Positions 34,996 through 46,052 of a DNA stretch of 64,000 nt are shown here, piece by piece. The notes under the pieces were generated by a model. That model ran no database searches and was not told where the DNA came from. It worked only from the letters and a program-made list of their open reading frames with translations. The number at the start of each line of letters is the position of its first letter. Positions within the stretch are counted from its first letter, which is position 1. A program made the position numbers and the translations under genes. Source of the stretch: Lepidodermella squamata (taxonomy: Eukaryota; Animalia; Gastrotricha); assembly GCA_047495785.1 (NCBI GenBank), contig JBLDXI010000007.1, positions 2,356,001 to 2,420,000 of the forward strand, written 5' to 3'.

Positions 34996-35726
34996 AGAAC
35001 TGTTAGGCATTTTGGATATACCACGATAAGAGTATTGCGCGATTACGATAAATGCCAGAATAATGCTTCCGGCGAGGTCAGCTTGAAACAACCTCAAACA
35101 CAATGCTGTGTGATTCTCGAGCCGTTCGCCGCTGCGTCGATGAGGCGTCTGAACATGAAAGGCGCCTCATTCTCACACTCGTGTGGTCATGCGTGATAGA
35201 GAGTCAGCTGTGTGAGAAAAATTATTTACGTGTTGAACTGATTTCGTCCTTTAAGTCAACTTATTTTATTTGTTCGGCTTCAGTCCAAAGTTTTGCCATG
35301 CTGGTTTAACTTTAGAAGGATCTCGAAGCTACGACTTTTTGCGACAGGCAACTAATATTGCCAATGGTCTAGTACTGCTGTTTCAGTACTGCTTCAGTAT
35401 TGCAATTAGTACGACTGTTAGGATGATTGCTCCACAACATGTATTGTGTTGGTGTAGTTATTGTTAATTTTTGGACGAGCAAATGCAATAAAAAATTTGA
35501 TTTACACAATTAGACTCGCTATTTTCTGGTATTAAATATTTCGTTTTATACGAGCCTCCTAGCAATCCTTCGCAGGTCTACTCAGTAGTACAAGAACTCA
35601 CGGGGATTCATTATATTATTTCACAGCTTCCCGGACTACACGAGCACCAACAGTGGTAACGTAAAAGCATAATGCCGAGAGTAAATTTGTTGTAAGCTTG
35701 TTCCCGTGCCAATTCTGGTCTGGTGT

Positions 35727-35928
35727 CATATCGCGCCTTCCGCGCCAGAACAGTGTGCCGGAAATAGAAACAAATGGCGTAAAACTAACTTTTTGCATCT
35801 TCGCCAAGTCAGTCGCGTGCCTGATCGCTGGAAAAAAAGTTGAACGCCAGTTTTTTCTGCGCATCAAATGCATTACGCCATTTGTTTCTATTTCCGGCAC
35901 ACTGTTCTAGCGCGGAAGGCGCGATATG
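35727..35928. mobile_element. MITE-like element with ~56-bp TIRs (a related single arm lies at ~21548-21604)
   Basis: CATATCGCGCCTTCCGCGC...AAATGGCGTAA and its reverse complement. No clear TSD. Confidence 0.7.
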
Positions 35929-36397
35929 TGATTAGTGGGAATCTTGAATTTTAACTTGCAAAATGCAATTTAGGATTTTACTTTCCTTCAAGAAGTGTCG
36001 CTTGTGCTTGCACCCTAAAATGTATGTTCGCTCACTGGTCCGAAAATAGTAAGTCGGTTCAAAAGCACTGAGCAGCGGCAAAGGTAGCTACAAGCTACGC
36101 CTCTGGAGTTATTTTAGTTCTGCAATATATATTCAATGTTTCACCCATCTCTAATGAGCAGAATGCATCGTCAAAATTCTTACTAAGTTGGCATCTCCAT
36201 TTTTATCAGCCAAAGAGCATTTATTGTAATATTGCGTTAAAAAGCCCCCGCAAAAAAGTCACGTATACTGCCTTCTTTCATGATTTCGTTGCAAAATCAC
36301 GCTCTCACTTCAGAGGGCGGTTAATAGGCCTGATTCGAAATTGACCATTCTTCTGAAAACTTTGATCTGCATTTCAGACATTGAAGCACTTTCCAAC

Positions 36398-38707
36398 ATG
36401 GTTAACGTAGTGTCTTATCTTTTCATACTATTTATTCATGTCTTTCAAATCGATGCTGAAAAACCGTATATACTATTGCTATTCTCAACGGCAACGTACA
36501 CAGGTTCCGAGCCGAGGGATGGTCGTATTTGCCAGGCTGCGATGCAAGTTGCAGTGAACACTGCCAACTCTCGAACCGACTTGCTGCCTGACTATGAGCT
36601 CGTAACAGACTTTCGGGATGAAGGATTTCAAGCTCAATTTGCTCCGAGAAGCTACGTCGCATTCATCAGAGCTGCGGAAGATAAAATCAAGGCAGACCGG
36701 TCGAATCGAACCTTTCTTGCCCCAGTGATGTTGGGGACTCTCCAGACATGCGATACGATCACTCGAATTTCTCAGTTCATGCGGCAGATACAATTCACGC
36801 CAGGTTGTAGCGGGCGTCAATTTACCGCATCTCGCACGATTTTCCCTCACCTTTACCGAAACCGAATCCCAGCTGACTTTCAAGTTGTGCCAATTTCTGC
36901 TTTGATAGCCTCGACATCTCGATGGCAGCAGTTCAGGGCAGTCGGTTTTTCGGCAACATCCGACAGTTATGTCAAAGACTTTTTTATTCAGGGGTTGGGG
37001 TTATACTATGGCAAAATCGACCTCGGCGCATTTAACAACGATAACGTGAGTGACGGCTTGATGTGGCAGATTCGACGAAGTGACGCCAGAATAATTATTG
37101 TAGCCACCGGATCCGTAGCTCAGAGCACTCAGTTTCTGTGTTTGGCTTGGCACGCCGGCGTAAGACCTCCATTATTCGTATTCTCACTAGTCTCGTCAAA
37201 CTTCATCGATCCAACAGCGAGCGATATCAAATTACCAGGCAACTGCACGAGAGACATTTTGTCTCAACAGGTGCAGCACACTTTATGGACCGGACCTTTC
37301 GATTTCGCGATTGAAGATCATGGCGATACGAGTTTTGGTTACGACGAGCAGGGTTTTGACCTACTTTTGGACAAGTTGACGAACAACTCCCGATCGCCGG
37401 ATTATGTGCGTCGTCACAGGTGTTTCGACTCGATGGCTCAAGCTATTTTTTCATTGGATGGAGGGGAGAAGATGTTGAGGACTAGAAACAAAACCTTGAA
37501 GGATTTTGCTAACATTCCAGATTTGGTCTGGAAAGCAGTGAATGAGAGCGCAGCTGCTACCGATTTTGTTGGGTTGAGAATAGGACGCATTAAGTACACC
37601 CCAAGGCTTGAACTTGATTACGAGCCCTTGTATCTAACTCAATGGACTCCAAAAGAAGGAATGCGGATAATTCTTCGTGTTACTTTCAATGGAAACGCTA
37701 ACGCTTCCGTTTACGACCTGCGTGACTATCTTGTAGAAAGATTGAATGAACCAATCTGGCTCACAGCAGATAAATTGGCTCCGAGGGATCTCTCGGAGAT
37801 TGTTTATATCTATGAATCAATCCCACCTGCAAGCCTAATTGTCTTGGCTGTATTGGTCAGCGTGGCTGTCCTCCTCAAGGCAGTCATCTCCATCCGATTT
37901 AAGCAGAGAGCGAACAGATTTTCTGGATTTGCAGACAATTTCATATCCGTTGTTTCGATATTCGGATGCTTGATATCTGATGCGGCTGCTTTAAGCCTAC
38001 TTTCAATTAACGCTGTTGTATATTCCAGTGAATTCTGCCTATTACAGATTGTCCTTTCGGTTATCGGTATCTCCCTCGTGAATTCAACCCTCCTTGCAAG
38101 ACTTACTTCATTATATCAATGGTCTAAAATGCGAGTGCTAGCGAGAAATTTGGCCAGAATCTCGAGGATTCAAAACAGGCTGTCGTACCACCAGGTGTCT
38201 CCGGCCGGAGCTGAAAGTGTAACAGAAGGATCAGTTCGATGGGCGATCAAGCTTAATTCTGTCATTGAGGCTGCTGTATTCCTAAATATTAATGCTGGTG
38301 TGATGATTGCGTTCCTTGGAGCAGATCCAGTAAATCTGGCACCACGAGGCAGCCCTGTTCAATTCGACCTAGAAATTGATGCTTACACTTCGAATATTAA
38401 AAGTTTCTGCAGCTCGCGATACCTCAGATACTGGGCACCTCTCCTTGCTGTTTCTCACATTGCACTCTTAGCGTTAGGCACTGCCATGGTTTTCGAGTAC
38501 AGATCTGTCGGAAAGAGATACGTAATGATTCGAGCAGCTGCTGTTAATGCATTAACTATCTTTGCTGTTGTGCTGTGCTTGATGGTCCTGCTCCCGGTTG
38601 ATCGGCTCGTTCTACGTGGATCGATTCTTGGTTACGGTATGTTGCTATATTCAAACTCGACAATCATTTTACAGTTCTACAAGTCGTTTTTGAGAATGCG
38701 GCATTAG
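36398..38707 (+). CDS. GABA-B-like class C GPCR, copy C
   Basis: Colinear with copies A and B. ATG 36398 aligns with the paralog starts; the track start at 36341 is a TTG. Confidence 0.85.
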   Translation: MVNVVSYLFILFIHVFQIDAEKPYILLLFSTATYTGSEPRDGRICQAAMQVAVNTANSRTDLLPDYELVTDFRDEGFQAQFAPRSYVAFIRAAEDKIKADRSNRTFLAPVMLGTLQTCDTITRISQFMRQIQFTPGCSGRQFTASRTIFPHLYRNRIPADFQVVPISALIASTSRWQQFRAVGFSATSDSYVKDFFIQGLGLYYGKIDLGAFNNDNVSDGLMWQIRRSDARIIIVATGSVAQSTQFLCLAWHAGVRPPLFVFSLVSSNFIDPTASDIKLPGNCTRDILSQQVQHTLWTGPFDFAIEDHGDTSFGYDEQGFDLLLDKLTNNSRSPDYVRRHRCFDSMAQAIFSLDGGEKMLRTRNKTLKDFANIPDLVWKAVNESAAATDFVGLRIGRIKYTPRLELDYEPLYLTQWTPKEGMRIILRVTFNGNANASVYDLRDYLVERLNEPIWLTADKLAPRDLSEIVYIYESIPPASLIVLAVLVSVAVLLKAVISIRFKQRANRFSGFADNFISVVSIFGCLISDAAALSLLSINAVVYSSEFCLLQIVLSVIGISLVNSTLLARLTSLYQWSKMRVLARNLARISRIQNRLSYHQVSPAGAESVTEGSVRWAIKLNSVIEAAVFLNINAGVMIAFLGADPVNLAPRGSPVQFDLEIDAYTSNIKSFCSSRYLRYWAPLLAVSHIALLALGTAMVFEYRSVGKRYVMIRAAAVNALTIFAVVLCLMVLLPVDRLVLRGSILGYGMLLYSNSTIILQFYKSFLRMRH

Positions 38708-40029
38708 GCCGGAAAGCCATTCAGTCATTCATTTTCGAACCATAGTCTTTCACCATAATGGAATAAAATCTACAAATAAAAACAGGTCTTCTCTGGCATT
38801 TCGTTAATTATATTCGCCCGTAGACTGAGGCTCAGTAACAGATTCATCATTGAATTCTTGATGACCTAGTCGCAGGTTTCAAGTTGGATGCAGATTTTGA
38901 ATTATTCGAGACAGTGAACTTCCACTTCTAGTACTTATTCCAAGTTACATTAATTATCTTTGGCAGCCTTTGTGAGAAACGACAATATATGATTTTAGGA
39001 TAAGATGCACATTTTCTTGCACATATTCAGGCCCGCCTAAGTTTCCTCCACGAGCGCTCTCTGATTGGTCGGCCACGCGCTCAATGAATGATAAAGGATA
39101 ACTTTCGAAATCCCCCATTTATTTATGTCGAAACGAAATTCATTAAATGTGATGAAAATTTTTCGTCTTAATTTTCGTTGACGCGCGCGCTCACAAGTTA
39201 CTAGTGCGTGCGCGCATTAATTTGAATGCACGTAAAACATTTTCGCTTTACATTTTTCGAGCGAGAACCCCATATTCAATCGATTCCAAATCTAATGAAT
39301 TTCATTTCGATATAAATAAATATAAATTGGCCCTGATCACGATTTTGAAATCCGTTTGTCTTTATCTATCACCGCTGGGGCTGTACAAAAAGTGGCCGAA
39401 ATCGTCCTATCGCCCAGCTGATTTCAGGCGATTTTTCGAGCACCCTAACTTCTGTGTCAGGTGTGTTCAGTTTTGGAATTTTTATATAATAAATTACTCC
39501 CATGAATGTCCCTAAGATTCTCCCTCACTTATATCACCGAAAACATTCAGAGTAAAAAAGTTTCAGAGGCTCAGCATTCAGATCTGTATTTAGCTTTTGC
39601 AGCTTTTGCAGCACAAAAATCACGCATAGGACGAATTCGGCCGGTTTAATTGAATATCAATAGCGTCGTCATTTTTACATAGATTGTATGTACTCGACTG
39701 TAACCCCTTTTCAACAGACAGGACAAAACATTCGCGGGAACATGTTATATTTCCCGAATATAAACGTGGTATTTGCTATGATCCGAACGAAAAGGGAACA
39801 AATATATGCAAAATCTGAATGCCATTTTTCGATGGAGTTTTTTAACGGGAAAATCAAAGATCAAAGTCTCGATATAAAATGACAAAACCTAAAAAGTAAA
39901 TAGGCCTAATATCGGGTTATCAAAAGATATCGAATTCCTGTGGTTATTACGTCAGCTCTTCTACTTTTCCAGGCCTATAAAACCGTCGCCGGATCATCAA
40001 CATCATCACCGCATGTCAAACATACATTT

Positions 40030-43000
40030 CTAAAAGACCACCAGCGATGCATAGATGTTCAGTACCAGGAAAGCATCGATGCCAATGCAGAAAATTGCAA
40101 CATCCATAGCTCGAGCATAACTGATTCGTGCCTTGAAGAAAGCGAACCTTCCGTCATTTTCTAAAAGGTAGGTGTACCTGCACGTAGCTGTGAACATTAT
40201 TGCAGCGTATAAGGTAATTATCGAGCACAGCCCGCATAGAATCAGAATATACTCAGCCATGAGAACAGATTCCGAGGTTTCGGGAATTTTATCTAAAACT
40301 TGGGATTGGATCACAATCATGCTGAGAAGGAGGGTCCCAGAGAATGCCGGACGGTCTGGGCAGTCGGGATCAAAAAGCAGTGACCCGAAGACCAGGGTCA
40401 GTATTATGGCACACGGCGCCATGTTGTTGATGAGGTACGGCGCAGGCTCACGGGAGAAGCCAACAGTGAAAATTACATACCCGGATGTTCCATTCTTTCG
40501 CAACGGCGACTTAGCAATGCCGTGTTTGTTAGACGCAGCATTGAATTTCCACATTTCACTGTCGAACGAGCCGTCAAAGGCGAATCGCGAGCCGCCAAAG
40601 AACAGAAATTTATCAGCTTCATCGAGAACAAACGTGAAATCGCAACGCTGTGTGTCGAACGGGAATTTTCTCAGCTTCAACATGCATTTCGACGTCATCA
40701 TGCCGAGTCGTATCCAATGGAAAAACAGTGTGCGATTCGGAGTCGTAGGGTAGTAAGCTACCTGGACTTGTTCCTTCCAAAACATTCCATTTTCCATGTA
40801 GATGTCGGATGTTGTGTTGGCGAATCGTATGCTCGGAACCCATACATCACTGCGCTTTACTGTGTAAACACGATCGACTTCGTTGACATTGGGCGCCGTC
40901 ACTTCTTTGGGACAGCCAGTAACAGCCCATTGAACAAGCAGTTGAGTCCCAGCAGCTATCTCGCGAGTACTAGCATCAATGTCGAACAATTCTTTGAACT
41001 CCAAAGTAATGAAAATCTGCGTCCCTACAGCCGGCGATCTGGAAAAATAGCCATTTTCAGAAAAATCAGCATTTGAAAAAATTGCAGTACTTGACTGTGG
41101 GGTTGATGAATCTGCAAGTCATCAGGTCGCCGAGTTTTACTAGCGGAACGAGATTACCGTCTATCAAGTTAGGGATATTGAAATAGGAAACGTTTGAGCT
41201 AAAGTCGTAAGTTCGAGCAGCAGCTGTGGTTGGCAGAGCTGTGGTTGATGGCGAGGATTTCAGTTCCCAGACCTTAAGGCTTCGAACCGTTACATCGGCG
41301 TTGGATCCGTTTATTCCGTACAGCTGAATCTTTGCCATACCACTTGCTAGTTGATTCGCACTGAATCCAGGTATACTGACATCGTTGAGAAGAATCGTGC
41401 TCGTAGCATTGTTTCCACTGCTGGGAGCGATGGCAACAGTGATTTTGTCGCCTGAACTCTGAATTACCAGCTTGAAATTAGCTAGCCCCGATCCATCAAA
41501 TATGTTAAGCATTGGGCTAATAGAATTAACAAAATAATTCAGAGGGACAGTTTGGCTCGTGCTTGTCGGAACTGCTTCATAAGATAGGTAAGCACTGCCG
41601 CCTTGACCGAGCTGAATGCATATATGAGCGCCGTCGAAATAGCTGAAACTACCCATGTGACCAGTGGAATCATTCGCTTGAAAAAAAAAACGAATGCTAC
41701 CTATAAATGGTGATGTCAACTCTGATTTACCTACCTACAGATGCGGGCTGGCTGCTCATTCCTATCACGAAAAAACCTGACGAATCCGGTTTGTACTCTG
41801 AAGTGACTTCCATCTCGATTCGAAAGCCGTCGGAACTGAGACTTGTAGGCAGATTTAAGCCGACAGTGGCCGATCCGTAATCGATTGATGGATTGTCATC
41901 CAGTTTCAACCCGGTCGCGTCTAAAACAGCGCCGTCCTGCACAGAAACGTATCCGCCCTCCGAGCTGAATGAGTTATTCGGTAGACAAGCAGGGATGTCA
42001 GAGTGCATGTAAGGTAGTGCGAGTAAATTAAAATCAGGCTGAAGTGATGAGCTGCTTTGCTGTTGGGTAGTTGATGCTTGTCGTGACGTTGTAGTAGGAT
42101 TCAGGGTTGTCAAGGTTGATGATGCTGCGATAGTTGATCCTTGTGATGACAGCGGAGCTGTCGAAGGCGTAAGAGTAGTGGTCGAAGTTGTTGCTGTGGT
42201 GGATAACATAGAAGTTGCCGATGACGTTGTTGCTGAGCTCGAGCTGGTCGAAGTTGAAGTCGATGGAGCGGTCGCTGTCGCAGTCATACTACTAGTGGTT
42301 GTTGTTGGTGTCGTGGTTGGAGTGGTCGACGGCAACGTAGGCGTTGAGGTCGATGGAAAGGTCGAAGTAGTAGTCGATGTTGATGGAATTGTTGTCGTTG
42401 CGCTTGGACTTGGTGTGGCCGAAGTTGTTGTAGTAGGGGCTACCGTTGTTGTGGACGTTGTTGCCGCGCTAGAGCTCGTTAAAGTTGGCGCAGTTGATTT
42501 TGTAGTAGTTGAAGTCGATGGTGCGGTCGTAGTCGTGCTAGATGTCGATGTTGATGGAATTGTTGTCGTTGTACTTTGACTTTGGGTGGCCGAAGTTGTT
42601 GTAGGTGTTGACGTTAACGTTGTGGAGGATGTTGTTGCCGCGCTAGAGCTCGTCGAAGTTCGCGTAGTTGATTTTGTAGTCGTTGAAGTCGATGGAGCGG
42701 TCGTAGTCGTGATAGTTGTGGTTGTACTTGTACTTGGGCTGAAAAATAGGAAATTTAGGAATCAAAATCAAGTAACAAAATCTCTATTCTATACCTCGTT
42801 GATGCAGCTGCATTTAAGCATGATCCTGGAGGTGGAAAAGTTGGTACAGTGGTCGTTCCCGAAGTGAGGCCAAAAAAGATAACCCGTCGTACCAGAATAT
42901 CTCCAAGGCCCCCTAGTGATCCCATTACTCCAAACATGCCAACGGCCATCACAGCCGTGCCCATTGACGGGACAGGTAGGCCAACGAAACAGCTACAAGT

Positions 43001-43858
43001 TTCCGTGGCTCCATACGCGGATAGTGGCGAAACAGCGACGCTAGCAAGGTCATTTGCGACCTGAATGAAAAGCCGAAACTTGCTCGAGCCTGAGCTGTTT
43101 AAGAAACGAGAGCTCCCACACGCAGGTACCGAAGTGGCATTCGGAGGATTGCCCGGAATCGGTTGATATGTCGAATTTTGCGTTTGGTATGTAGAATACG
43201 CTAACCCGGATGGTCGCAGCTGAAAGGATAACAAAAGACCTCTCGTCATTTTATATTGTTCATAGCCCTTTGATGTTTTCCCTTGAAACAGGAAATATAG
43301 CAGAATGAACTATTGTGATTCTCATGAAACACCTACCAAAATTTGTCGTGTCGTCTGTGATGGGCACAGCGAACCAGGCCAGCGAGTTGTTTGTCGGATA
43401 CGTAATTTCGGCATCGATTTCAAGTCGAAAGTTGGCAGATGAACACATGTATCCCTGATGAAGAAATGGTCTCAGCTACTTAATCAAGAGGCGAAAACTT
43501 ACAAACGGATTATTAATGTGCCCTTGGGGAATTGAGGGCGAAATGCGCGCAAGCTGGTAGCCCGAGCCTGGAATCTCATCCGTCAAACTGCTAATTAAGT
43601 AACTGCTGCCGGTGAATTGGTTCGTTCCATTATAGTAATCAAAAGAATTGTCGCTATCGAAACACGCAGCACCCTGAAAGCCGTACGGTAGCGGGTAAGA
43701 AGCTTCGTCTGGGGTCGGGTCACCAGCAAGTACTGCGAAATAATAATACAACCGGTTCATTTCGGACATTACGGCTCATTTATACGCGAAACCTAAAACT
43801 ATCCACTATGCTTCTCACCTATTTTGCCAATAAGCAATATCTTCAGCAACCGTAACAT
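40030..43858 (-). CDS. Cys-loop pentameric ligand-gated ion channel subunit with N-terminal lectin-like / mucin / lectin-like extension (1157 aa)
   Basis: Seven exons, 43858-43819, 43732-43503, 43454-43337, 43281-42795, 42738-41735, 41676-41091 and 41038-40030, total 3474 nt in frame. WVPSI motif, Cys-loop CMLKLRKFPFDTQRC, and four TM helices. Confidence 0.8.
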
Positions 43859-44368
43859 GTTAGATAGGTATACGAAATTCCACGTTTCCCGTAAACAGTC
43901 AAATATTTGCTGGTCTGAAAGGCTAGCTGACATGCAATGTCAAGGTCTGCTCGTCCGGTTCCTCTCAACGAGTTTTCGGATTGAGGGGAAAATCATGTTT
44001 TATTAACGAACTACGATGTTAAGTTTGCGCATAAGTGATAAACAGACCATTAGTTTCCTTGGATAAATTATATTTAAAACTCAGATCCTTTCTAGGCATT
44101 CGCCTACTTTCCTGTTTTCGAGTTATACTTCCTGATCCCACCCCAACAATTGTTCCACGACCAGTGCATTATTTGAAAAATAAAAAAGTATGATTTTGCT
44201 GCTTTGATATTTTGTTCAACAACAACGAAAAATCTATCAGCTGGGCAATGTAAAAGTTACTGTATTATATTTGTATGATATAACATGCGAGTAAAGAGTT
44301 CATATCTGAACGGAGCCGACCGAGATTTACGAATCGAAACAAACCGGAGGCGAGTTGAGATGAGTAAA

Positions 44369-44974
44369 TCAATTTACAGCATCTCGCCCGATTTTTCCTC
44401 ACCTTTACCGAAATCGAATTCCAGCCGACTTTCAAGTTGTGCCGATTTCTGCTTTGATTGCCTCAACATCTCAACATCCGGAGCTGAAAGTGTAACAGAA
44501 AGATCAGTTCGATGGGTGATCAAGCTTAATTCTGTCATTGAGGCTGCTGTATTCCTAAGTATTAATGCTGGTGTGATGATTGCGTTTCTTGGAGCAGATC
44601 CAGTAAATCTGGCACTACAAGGCAGCCCTGTTCAATTCGACCTAGAAATTGATGCTTACACTTCGAATATTAAAAGTTTCTGCAGCTCGCGATACCTCAG
44701 ATACTGGGCACCTCTCCTCGCTGTGTTTCACCTTGCACTCCCAGCTTTAGGCACTGCCATGGTATTCGAGTATAGATCTGTTGGAAAGAGGTACGTTCGA
44801 GCTGCTGCTGTTAATGCTTTGACCATCTTTGCTGTTGTACTGTGCTTGATGGTCCTGCTCCCGGTTGATCGGCTCGTTCTTCGTGGATCAATTCTTGGAT
44901 ACGGTATGTTGCTATATTCAAACTCGACAATCATTTTACAGTTCTACAAGTCTTTTTTGAGAATGCGGCGTTAG
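44369..44974 (+). pseudogene. Internally deleted class C GPCR pseudogene, closest to copy C
   Basis: 44369-44472 matches 36817-36920 and is joined to sequence matching 38205 onward. 3' flank homology continues past the stop. Confidence 0.85.
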
Positions 44975-46052
44975 GCTGGAAAGCCATTCAGTTATTCATA
45001 ATCATCGAAACAAAGTCTTTCAGTGATTGAATAAAACCTGCAAATAAAACCAAGCTTTCTTTGACATCTGCGTGAAATCTGCGCCCACCCGGAGCCTTCC
45101 AGGCTCAATACCGGCTTTATTATTGACATTTTCGAGGACTAGGTTTTCAACTAAATGCAGAGTTTTTCGAGACGATGAAACCCATTAACACTGATCAATA
45201 TAGGCTCAAATTTGAGTAAGCAAACATTAGATGCTTATTAGAACGATTGAAATAGGTATGACCTATACATATCAGGTACATAAGGTACATAATGTACATG
45301 ATATCAGTATAGTCTGTCTACTCACGAGAAAAGGGGTGTAATTATCATTATCATTATCACTAGTTTCAGCAGATCGTTTTCGATAAACCGGTAAATCGAA
45401 TCACGAGTTTCAAAATATATGATAGATTGAGTGTTATCATTCAATTTCATCGCACACCTGTTACCTTTTAACTGGTATCTAACAGCTTTCTTAGCAGAAT
45501 AAGAAGCTATAGAAGCTGGCATTACCCCTGATAAATATTTTTCTCCTTTGACAAATTCCACAATCATTCGATGACTTGAAATCTAGCTATTGCATCATTC
45601 GAAATGGCAGCTTTTACGAGGCACTTCAATATTATGCCAAATAAGGCGTGAGCGGGTAAATTTTTCAAGCTGGGGAAAACTCGTTTGTGATTAAAATCAC
45701 AAAAGAAAGGCATCAGCATACAGGTAGTTTGTGACACGAAAAATGCGGCTATTGGCGGATTGAAAATCGAGTTAGCTTTTGGTAGTTTTTGTATCACGAT
45801 TATTTTCTTGAGAAAAATGGTAAAAATAGCTTTCCAGATTCAACAAAAGAATTAGAACATCGCCTTGAGGCCATTGGCTATGCAGACCGCGAGGGCAGTG
45901 TTTCACCTCTGCGCGCAATGTCAAAATTTATGAATGAAGGAAATGACCCAAATGACGTGAATAACGTAAGAGAATATTAGAACTCAAACAGCAGCAAAAA
46001 ATCACAGTATTTTTTGCTGCACATAAAACTTAGCGCGAGCGATTTATATTAG

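Noticed and set aside
34250-35196. Mirrored ORF pairs with identical peptides on both strands
   Set aside because: Products of the 142-bp inverted repeat; no domain evidence.
42178-42867. Val-rich plus-strand ORFs
   Set aside because: Antisense shadow of the Thr-rich mucin exon on the minus strand.
45322-45980. Short ORFs between the GPCR pseudogene and the MULE
   Set aside because: No recognisable motifs or consistent splice pattern; possibly decayed repeat.
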